Assembly (NCBI GenBank): GCA_045640025.1 | Contig: JAZUEG010000320.1 | Coordinates: forward strand, 1-40,031 | Length of the DNA: 40,031 nt | Origin: Bacteroidales bacterium | GTDB lineage: Bacteria > Bacteroidota > Bacteroidia > Bacteroidales > UBA3824 | Reading direction: 5' to 3' | Part shown: one piece after another, positions 33,589-40,031 of the stretch | How the letters are laid out: each line of letters starts with the position of its first letter | Position numbering within the stretch: the stretch's first letter is position 1 | Program-made: the position numbers and the translations under genes | Notes under the pieces: generated by a model | Seen by the model: only the letters and a program-made list of their open reading frames with translations | Told to the model about the DNA's origin: nothing | Databases searched by the model: none

Positions 33589-36240
33589 TTACAGCCATTT
33601 GCCGAACTTACGGATGTACCACGTTTTGATGAGTTGGGTGAGTACGCAGTAGCAAAGCAAGGTTGCTATCAGCCAAGGGAAGTAACTCATTGGCAGTGGC
33701 ATAAGTCCGATGTAGGTGCCGAATGGGGTGAATGGGATTGCGATGCCGATGGCCATTATCGCAAAGGTCATCACCATTAACGGCCACGAGGCTCGGCTCT
33801 GGATGAATGGTATTTTCTGTGTGCGGATCATATGTACTATGAGTGTCTGAGACAACAAACCCTCTATGAACCAACCACTTTGGAAGAGTGTCTGCATTTC
33901 CTCGCTCTGACAGCCGAACACGAACCACATTAACAGGTAGGTGGTGATATCGAATATGCTGGATATTGGGCCTATGAATACCATAAACTTGCTGAGGTCG
34001 CTGGAATCCCAACGGCGTGGCTTGCGGAGGAATTCAGGATCCATTTTGTCGAACGGAATGGCTATCTGCGATATGTCGTAGAGTAGGTTCTGTATCAGCA
34101 AATGGATGCTGAGCATTGGCAGGAAGGGCAGGAACGCCGACGCGGCCAATACGGAGAACATATTTCCGAAGTTGCTCGATGCGGTCATCTTCACGTATTT
34201 GATGATGTTTCCGAAGGTCTCGCGTCCCGATTTTACGCCGTCCTCCAATACCATAAGGTCTTTTTCGAGGAGGATGATGTCGGCGCTCTCCTTGGCGATA
34301 TCGACGGCCGAATCCACTGATATTCCGATATCTGACTGTCGGAGCGCGCTTGCGTCGTTGATGCCGTCGCCGAGGAATCCCACGGTGTTGTCCTGTTCCT
34401 GGAGAAGCGTGATTATCTCGGTTTTCTGCAATGGGGTAAGTTTGGCAAACACACGGTTGTCCCTTACGGCGTCGCGCTTCTGCTGGTCGGTCATCTGCTG
34501 GAATTCTATTCCTGATACGCTGTTCCAAGCCTTGATGCCCACCTGACGCGAGATTGTGTTCACAACTGCCTCGTTGTCACCGCTTAACACCTTTACCTCT
34601 ATGCCCGAGTCGTGGAGTTTCTGGATAGCCTCCTTGGCCGACTCCTTGGGCGGATCGAGGAAGGCGAGGTATCCGATAAGCACCATATCTTTCTCGTCCT
34701 CTATCTTGAATTCGCCTTCCTTGTCGAGGAACGATTTGTGGGCCACGGCGAGTACGCGCATTCCCTTGTTGTTCATATCGCGGACAATGCCCGTCGCCAT
34801 TTGGTGGATATTTCCGTTGAGAGGTATCACCTTGCCGTTCAGTTCGAAATGAGAGCATATATTAATCATCTCTTCAACTGCGCCCTTGGTGATTATCTGA
34901 CGCTTGCCCTGTTTGTCCTCCACCACCACCGACATACGGCGACGGGTGAAGTCGAATGGGATCTCGTCGATTTTCTTGTAATCTTCTGTAACAACGTCGA
35001 GCGGTTTGCCATTCTCGTTTACGTGCTCCACAATGGCCTTGTCCATAAGGTTTTTGAGGCCCGTGGAAAAATACGAGTTGAAGAATGCGTGGCGGAGAAT
35101 CCTTCGTGTGGTGTCCTCCGATCCGTCGGCGTTCAGGTACTTGATGAGTTCCACCTTGTCGCGGGTTAGGGTGCCTGTCTTGTCGGTGCAGAGGATGTTC
35201 ATTGCGCCGAAATTCTGTATTGCGTTCAGGTCCTTTACCACAACCTTTTTCTTCGACATTCTCACTGCGCCCTTGGCGAGGTTTGCGGTCACGATCATCG
35301 GGAGCATTTCGGGTGTGAGGCCCACTGCCACGCTAACGGCAAAGATGAATGCCTCCAACCAATCGCCCTTGGTGAATCCGTTTACCATAAATACGAATGG
35401 CACCATTATCAGCATAAACTTGATGAGGAGCATAGAGACCTTTGTGATGCCCTTGTCGAAGGCGGTCTCGGCGCGGTGGCCTGCGATGGATTTGGCTATG
35501 GTGCCGAGGTAGGTCTGGTTTCCCGTGCCGAACACGATGCCCTTGGCGGTTCCGCTGATAACCGTGGAGCCCATAAAGGCAAGGTTCTGGATATCAACCA
35601 CTGATGGCTCTTCGGTCTGATACTCAGGCATTTTCTCTATGCCCTCGCTCTCTCCTGTCAACGACGACTGGCTCACGAAGAAGTCCTTGGCCTCTATGAT
35701 CCTGATGTCGGCGGGAATCATATCGCCTGCGGATAGGAAAACGATGTCGCCTGGCACGAGGTCCTCCACAGGGATTTCGCCACTCTTGGTGTTGGAGCGC
35801 TCCACGTAACAGGTGTTTTTCACCATTTTGAGGAGTGCGTCGCTCGAACGGCCTGCCTTGAGTTCCTGCACGAACCTCAGGATTGCCGAGAATATCACCA
35901 TTGTGGAGATTATGATGATTGTGGTCCAATCCTGTTCGCCTGGCTCGGCAAGCAATACGTCGAGGACGAAGGATATTATCACGAGCACTGTCAATACTCC
36001 CACGAAGGGGTTAATGAATGCTGATACGAAGAGTTTTGCGGGGTTGGTTTTCTCTTCGTGGACCACGGTGTTTGGGCCGTATTTTCTTCGACGAGCCATT
36101 ACCTCGTGCTCAAAGAGGCCGTTTCGGGCGGAATCGAGCATATTGTAGATCCCTGCCTCTGTCTGCCTTGCCACCAAGCGAGCGTATTCGCTGTTGTAGT
36201 TGGGCTTGGGTGCGATGGTTTTTCTGAAAAACTTGAACAT
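33589..36240 (-). CDS. mgtA: Magnesium-translocating P-type ATPase
   Basis: 883 aa. It has the phosphorylation site ILCTDKTGTLT, TGES (LTGESEGIEK), the hinge FLGDGINDASAL, and MVKNTCYV / PGDIV actuator motifs. Overall length and N-terminus are typical of MgtA/MgtB. Confidence 0.88.
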   Translation of the reverse strand: MFKFFRKTIAPKPNYNSEYARLVARQTEAGIYNMLDSARNGLFEHEVMARRRKYGPNTVVHEEKTNPAKLFVSAFINPFVGVLTVLVIISFVLDVLLAEPGEQDWTTIIIISTMVIFSAILRFVQELKAGRSSDALLKMVKNTCYVERSNTKSGEIPVEDLVPGDIVFLSAGDMIPADIRIIEAKDFFVSQSSLTGESEGIEKMPEYQTEEPSVVDIQNLAFMGSTVISGTAKGIVFGTGNQTYLGTIAKSIAGHRAETAFDKGITKVSMLLIKFMLIMVPFVFMVNGFTKGDWLEAFIFAVSVAVGLTPEMLPMIVTANLAKGAVRMSKKKVVVKDLNAIQNFGAMNILCTDKTGTLTRDKVELIKYLNADGSEDTTRRILRHAFFNSYFSTGLKNLMDKAIVEHVNENGKPLDVVTEDYKKIDEIPFDFTRRRMSVVVEDKQGKRQIITKGAVEEMINICSHFELNGKVIPLNGNIHQMATGIVRDMNNKGMRVLAVAHKSFLDKEGEFKIEDEKDMVLIGYLAFLDPPKESAKEAIQKLHDSGIEVKVLSGDNEAVVNTISRQVGIKAWNSVSGIEFQQMTDQQKRDAVRDNRVFAKLTPLQKTEIITLLQEQDNTVGFLGDGINDASALRQSDIGISVDSAVDIAKESADIILLEKDLMVLEDGVKSGRETFGNIIKYVKMTASSNFGNMFSVLAASAFLPFLPMLSIHLLIQNLLYDISQIAIPFDKMDPEFLRKPRRWDSSDLSKFMVFIGPISSIFDITTYLLMWFVFGCQSEEMQTLFQSGWFIEGLLSQTLIVHMIRTQKIPFIQSRASWPLMVMTFAIMAIGIAIPFTPFGTYIGLMPLPMSYFPWLIATLLCYCVLTQLIKTWYIRKFGKWL

Positions 36241-36365
36241 AATTCTTGTGGTGTTTTATGTGTTTGTATTTGTTTTTTTTCTTACCTCTGATGCTTCGGT
36301 TTTTTATCGTTCCGATTACGGGTGCAAAGGTAGGGCGAGTTTTGGAAAATGGCCGTTAGTGATTG

Positions 36366-36414
36366 ATTAGAAGAATGTTAGAATTGTTTAATGGATTTCT
36401 AATTGTTTTCTAAT
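36366..36414. promoter_or_regulatory. Divergent pairs of 11-bp-phased hexamer/heptamer boxes (candidate OmpR-family response-regulator binding sites) between mgtA and the + strand genes
   Basis: ttagaa at 36367-36372 and 36378-36383 reads as ttctaa on the - strand, facing mgtA. ttctaat at 36397-36403 and 36408-36414 faces the + strand promoter TATATTTG at 36437-36444. Each pair has an exact 11-bp period. Confidence 0.45.
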
Positions 36415-36444
36415 ATCGGCGAATGGGATTTATGATTATATTTG
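36393..36444 (+). repeat. 52-bp promoter-region direct repeat, copy A
   Basis: atttctaattgttttctaatatcggcgaatgggatttatgattatatttg versus 37457-37508. It shows about 90% identity by hand alignment and ends in the TATATTTG box. Confidence 0.75.
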
Positions 36445-36473
36445 TTTTTGTTGCTTATTTTGAGAAATTTAAT

Positions 36474-36481
36474 TATCTTTG
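36474..36481 (+). promoter_or_regulatory. -7 promoter box TATCTTTG proximal to the Rpn gene
   Basis: Lies 37 nt upstream of the ATG at 36519. Confidence 0.45.
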
Positions 36482-36518
36482 CAACTGAAAATCAATAATC
36501 AAAAATCGAAAATAAAAA

Positions 36519-37373
36519 ATGGCAAAGTATCTAAATCCCAAAGCGGACCTTACCTTCAAGAAGGTTTTCGGAGAGCACAAGCACCTTGTGATAAGTCTCC
36601 TAAATTCCCTTTTGCCTTTGCCTGAGGGTATGAAGATTGAGTCTGTTGAGTATCTCAGCGGTGAGAATCATCACGGAAATATAGATAAAAAATATTCCAT
36701 TGTTGATGTGAAGTGCACCGACAATTATGGACGCACCTTCGTGGTTGAAATGCAGAATTACTGGACAACGGCATTCTTCTCACGCACACTTTATAATGCC
36801 GTTCTCACTTACAGCAATCAGTTAAAAAAGGGTCAGTCGTTTGATAAACTGAAGGATGTATATGCTCTTAGTCTTGTCAACGAATCTGAGATAAAATGTT
36901 CAGAGGAAAACGCCAACGAGTATATTCACGAGTATTACCTGACAAATCAGAAAAACGCAAAAGATGTCCATAAGGATATCTCGCTTATATTTGTGGAGTT
37001 GCAGAAATTCAAGTCTCTTGGTAAGAAATTCGACGATAAGGCCGTTGACAAAATGGCAAATCTCTGGCTGAAATTCCTCACTGAGATCGACGACGATACC
37101 GTGGATGTTGATCCCGAACTCCTGAATTCCCCCGTAACCGCAGAGGCGCTTGAGATTGTTGAGACCGCGGCTTATACTCCCGAGGAGTTGGAAGCCTACA
37201 ATAAATATTGGCTTGATATCTCCACCGAGCGGTCTGCGTTGGCAGAAAGCCGTAAGGAAGGAATTACGGAGGAAAAATACAATGTAGCCCACAAGATGAA
37301 ATCCGACAATCTGCCTTTGGATTTAATTGCAAAATACACTGGCCTCTCCGCCGAAGAGATTGCGAATATTTAA
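36519..37373 (+). CDS. Rpn-family PD-(D/E)XK recombination-promoting nuclease / putative transposase
   Basis: 284 aa. The N-terminus MAKYLNPKADLTFKKVFGEHKHL...YSIVDVKCTDNYGRTFVVEMQ is the characteristic start and D...E-x-Q/K core of the PDDEXK_2 / Rpn family that is abundant in Bacteroidales. Confidence 0.85.
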   Translation: MAKYLNPKADLTFKKVFGEHKHLVISLLNSLLPLPEGMKIESVEYLSGENHHGNIDKKYSIVDVKCTDNYGRTFVVEMQNYWTTAFFSRTLYNAVLTYSNQLKKGQSFDKLKDVYALSLVNESEIKCSEENANEYIHEYYLTNQKNAKDVHKDISLIFVELQKFKSLGKKFDDKAVDKMANLWLKFLTEIDDDTVDVDPELLNSPVTAEALEIVETAAYTPEELEAYNKYWLDISTERSALAESRKEGITEEKYNVAHKMKSDNLPLDLIAKYTGLSAEEIANI

Positions 37374-37394
37374 TAAAAATACTATTTAAGCGCC

Positions 37395-37441
37395 GTGCAC
37401 GGTAGATTCCGAAAATGATTCTGCCGTGCACGTTTTTTTTT
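37395..37441 (+). terminator. Intrinsic terminator
   Basis: Stem gtgcacggtagattc (37395-37409) / gattctgccgtgcac (37417-37431), 13/15 paired, followed by a T9 run (37433-37441). Confidence 0.7.
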
Positions 37442-37456
37442 GTTGTGTCCGCTCTT

Positions 37457-37508
37457 GATTTTCTAATTGTTTTCTAATATCGCGGAATTGGAATAATGAT
37501 TATATTTG
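37457..37508 (+). repeat. 52-bp promoter-region direct repeat, copy B (ttctaat boxes at 37461-37467 and 37472-37478; TATATTTG at 37501-37508)
   Basis: See copy A. The box-to-promoter spacing (22 nt) is identical in both copies. The -7 box ends 6 nt before the ATG at 37515, which implies a leaderless or near-leaderless mRNA. Confidence 0.75.
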
Positions 37509-37514
37509 TGCGCG

Positions 37515-38216
37515 ATGAATACTATTTTGATTATAGAGGACGACAGGAGGCTGGCTTCGTTGCTTCGGCAGGGTATGGAGGAGGCTGGGTATCAGGTAAT
37601 CTTGGCTTATGATGGCGAGATGGCTCTGCAACTTATGCAGTTGGATTTCGGGCGTATCGGGTTGGTAATCAGTGATATTCTGCTTCCTGGTATCAGCGGG
37701 CTCGATCTCTGCAAGCGTATCAGAAGCCGTTTTGCTGATATTCCGATTCTGATGCTTACGGCTCTCGGTACTACCGACGATAAGTTGGAGGGTTTCGACG
37801 CTGGGGCGGATGATTATATGACTAAGCCTTTCGATTTCAGGGAGTTGATAGCGAGAGTAGGGGTTTTGTTGAAGAGGGCGGGTAATAGTGGCGCCGTCAG
37901 CAATATCAAAAACACTACGCTAACCTACAAGGACCTGATGCTGGACCCTGTTCGTCACGAGTGCAAGCGTGGAGGCGTTGGTATCAGCCTGACTCCCAAG
38001 GAGTTCTCACTTCTGAAATACCTTATGGAGAATGCCGAGAAGGTGGTTTCGAGGGCTGATATTCAGGCTCAGGTATGGCAGACGCATTTTGATACGGGAA
38101 CCAACTTTATTGATGTGTATATCAACTACTTGCGTAGGAAGATTGACAAGGATTTTGATTTGAAACTTATCCACACCAAGCCTGGGGTGGGTTTTATTTT
38201 GAGCGATGGACAATAA
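37515..38216 (+). CDS. OmpR/PhoB-family response regulator
   Basis: Receiver motifs ILIIEDD, VISDILLPG, LMLTAL and TKPF. The winged-helix output has LTPKEFSLLKYLMEN...YINYLRRKID...IHTKPGVGF. The ATG at 37515 is preferred over the TTG at 37506. Confidence 0.88.
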   Translation: MNTILIIEDDRRLASLLRQGMEEAGYQVILAYDGEMALQLMQLDFGRIGLVISDILLPGISGLDLCKRIRSRFADIPILMLTALGTTDDKLEGFDAGADDYMTKPFDFRELIARVGVLLKRAGNSGAVSNIKNTTLTYKDLMLDPVRHECKRGGVGISLTPKEFSLLKYLMENAEKVVSRADIQAQVWQTHFDTGTNFIDVYINYLRRKIDKDFDLKLIHTKPGVGFILSDGQ

Positions 38217-39429
38217 GATTCTTCTGACTTTCAAATATACCGCGGTGATGTCGGGAGTGATGATTATTTCTCTGATAATCATTTACTTGATGAGCGACAG
38301 CGCGAGGATTTCGGCTTTCAGGAATACTCTGAAATCTGAGGCCATTACCAAGGCCAACCTCTTTCTTGAGAACCGTGTGGATGCGCCCACGATGCAACAT
38401 ATCTACCTGAATAATACGCAGTTTATCAACGAGGTGGAGGTGGCCGTCTATACTACTGACTTCCAAATGCTATATCACGACGCTCAACAGCACGATATCG
38501 TGAAGGAGACTCCCGAGATGATTGCCGAGATTGTTTCCCGTGGCGAGATGGATATTGATGTAGAGACTGGGTATCAGGCCGTTGGGATTCTCTATAATGG
38601 TAAATATGTGGTGACGGCCTCGGCTCACGATGGATATGGCGAGGCCAATATGCATTCTTTGAGGAATACTTTAAGTGTGATTCTGCTGGTGTCTGTAATT
38701 CTGATGATTCTTGTTGGCTATTATCTTGCTATCCGCACAATAAAACCGATTGAGAAGGCGCTTGCTTCTCAAAGGATGTTTGTGAGCAATGTGTCGCACG
38801 AACTCCGCACGCCGTTGGCCGTGGTGATGGGTGAGTTGGGACTTGCGCTTCAGAGGGAAAGGACTGCCGAGGAGTATCAGGAGCGTATTGAGCGGGCATT
38901 GCAGGATACTCAGAAGATGTCGGATATCGTGATTGGCCTGCTGAATATGGCGCGCGCCGATTATGATATGTCGCAGATTAAGATGGATGTTATCCGCATT
39001 GACGAACTCGTTATGGATGTGCGCGATGAGTTGCTCAGGGCCAAGCCCGACTATCATATTAATGTGCAGTTTGCTGATGTTCCCGAGAGCGATGAGGCTG
39101 TCTCGGTGACGGCAAACAGGTATCTTCTCGCCCTTGCCTTCCGCAATCTAATAGAGAACAACTGCAAGTATTCCAAGAACAGAACGTCGGAGGTTTCGAT
39201 TTCGGCGGTCTCGGGAAGTCCTGTTATCTCATTCTCCGACAGCGGGATAGGTATGAGCGACGATGTCCGCAAGAATGTTTTCGAGATTTTTTACCGTGGC
39301 GAGGGAAACGGAGAGTCTGGCCACGGAATAGGAATGGCGCTGGTTCAGAGGATTGTGAGCCTTCACGGGTTTGCGATTGAGGTAACGAGCAAGGAAGGAG
39401 TGGGAACGAGGTTTGTGGTGAGGATGTGA
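38206..39429 (+). CDS. Sensor histidine kinase (two TM helices flanking a ~130-aa periplasmic domain)
   Basis: 407 aa. H-box VSNVSHELRTPLAVV, N-box FRNLIENNCKYS, G1 FSDSGIGM, G2 GHGIGMALVQRIV. It overlaps the response-regulator gene by 11 nt. Confidence 0.88.
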   Translation: MDNKILLTFKYTAVMSGVMIISLIIIYLMSDSARISAFRNTLKSEAITKANLFLENRVDAPTMQHIYLNNTQFINEVEVAVYTTDFQMLYHDAQQHDIVKETPEMIAEIVSRGEMDIDVETGYQAVGILYNGKYVVTASAHDGYGEANMHSLRNTLSVILLVSVILMILVGYYLAIRTIKPIEKALASQRMFVSNVSHELRTPLAVVMGELGLALQRERTAEEYQERIERALQDTQKMSDIVIGLLNMARADYDMSQIKMDVIRIDELVMDVRDELLRAKPDYHINVQFADVPESDEAVSVTANRYLLALAFRNLIENNCKYSKNRTSEVSISAVSGSPVISFSDSGIGMSDDVRKNVFEIFYRGEGNGESGHGIGMALVQRIVSLHGFAIEVTSKEGVGTRFVVRM

Positions 39430-39472
39430 TAAAATAAATATCGTAAACGATATAAGTTAAAGAAATATTTTG

Positions 39473-39480
39473 TATCTTTG
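39473..39480 (+). promoter_or_regulatory. -7 promoter box TATCTTTG
   Basis: Lies 22 nt upstream of the ATG at 39503. Confidence 0.45.
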
Positions 39481-39502
39481 TGGCGGATTAAACTAATAGA
39501 TT

Positions 39503-39943
39503 ATGCCATACGAACAACTTAAATTAGATAATCAACTGTGTTTCAGACTTTATACGGCGTCGAGGCTGGTTACTGCGGGATATACTCCTTTCTTCAAGGA
39601 GTTTGGAATCACGTATCCGCAATATTTGGTTTTGATGGTTTTGTGGGAGACCGATAAGGTTACCGTCAGCGAGATTACCGAGCGTCTGAAACTTGAAACC
39701 AATACTGTAACTCCGCTTCTTCAACGTATGGAGAAACAGGGACTTATTCTCCGTAGCAAAGGTAAGGTGGATACGCGTCAGAGGATTGTGTCGCTCTCCG
39801 AGGCTGGCAAACAACTTGAGGAGCGTATCAAGGAGGTCCCAAACTGTCTTGCCCGCGGAATCGTGGACGGCGGTATGTCGATTGAGGAACTTACAACGCT
39901 GGTGCCGTTGCTGGATAAGTTTATAGCGATTGTGGGGAAATAA
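39503..39943 (+). CDS. ohrR: MarR-family regulator, OhrR-like (organic hydroperoxide sensor)
   Basis: 146 aa. The N-terminal LDNQLCFRLYTASR carries the reactive Cys in the OhrR-typical NQLCF.LY context. ITYPQYLVLMVLWE, TVTPLLQRMEKQGLI.R and D.R...V.LSEAG are collinear with B. subtilis OhrR as I recall it. Confidence 0.75.
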   Translation: MPYEQLKLDNQLCFRLYTASRLVTAGYTPFFKEFGITYPQYLVLMVLWETDKVTVSEITERLKLETNTVTPLLQRMEKQGLILRSKGKVDTRQRIVSLSEAGKQLEERIKEVPNCLARGIVDGGMSIEELTTLVPLLDKFIAIVGK

Positions 39944-40031
39944 ATGAATAAAAGAATAAACGAATAAAAGACGTTATAATATTAAAAGACATTATAATTT
40001 TATAAGACACGCACGTCCGTGCGTCTCTACG

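Noticed and set aside
33608-36291. Many 70-185-aa ORFs on both strands overlapping mgtA (for example 34034-34528, 34106-34546, 34612-35169, 35006-35512)
   Set aside because: These are shadow ORFs inside a strongly supported 883-aa P-type ATPase gene. Their translations are Arg/Pro/His-rich or otherwise non-protein-like.
36241-36330. Mg2+-sensing riboswitch or leader upstream of mgtA
   Set aside because: The leader from the candidate -7 box to the ATG is only about 85 nt, A-rich and lacks obvious conserved helices. It does not resemble the M-box or the enterobacterial mgtA leader as far as I can judge by eye.

Overview
This window reads as a mosaic chromosomal segment that looks Bacteroidales-like. 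That call is an inference from three things: TAnnTTTG -7 promoter boxes 10-60 nt upstream of many start codons, no obvious Shine-Dalgarno sites, and the gene content (lipoproteins, a CarboxypepD_reg-type outer-membrane barrel, an Rpn-type PD-(D/E)XK gene, DUF234-type ATPase paralogs).

The backbone is roughly 45-50% GC, judged by eye and not computed. It carries two two-component systems, an AraJ-like MFS transporter, two paralogous AAA+ ATPases, a DUF3737-like protein, lipoproteins, a GNAT, a YhcG/DUF1016 nuclease, TfoX, a large OM beta-barrel protein, hipBA, a porin-like protein, mgtA and an OhrR-like MarR regulator.

At least four low-GC islets (roughly 32-36% by eye) interrupt the backbone:
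- (i) 1-1790: a gamma-class N6-adenine DNA methyltransferase at the window edge.
- (ii) about 4600-7430: an m5C-methyltransferase plus HpaII-like endonuclease cassette that has replaced the interior of an efflux operon. It leaves a 3'-truncated tolC-like gene and a 5'-truncated FtsX/MacB-type permease gene.
- (iii) about 14700-17290: a tightly packed tandem-DUF488 plus unknown-protein operon.
- (iv) about 25450-29290: a 790-bp repeat-rich, structured non-coding leader followed by a three-gene operon. The genes encode a MotA/ExbB-like channel with a long coiled-coil tail, a MotB/OmpA-like protein and an HNH nuclease.

Islet (iv) is the top candidate. It has the architecture of a Zorya type II-like anti-phage system in an unusually compact form. 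Other notable structure:
- composite REP-like repeats, one direct pair bracketing an ATPase gene and one inverted pair bracketing about 10 kb;
- a 52-bp promoter duplication flanking the Rpn gene;
- phased TTCTAAT boxes that link an OmpR-type two-component system to mgtA.

No rRNA, tRNA, CRISPR array, transposase or integrase was recognised.
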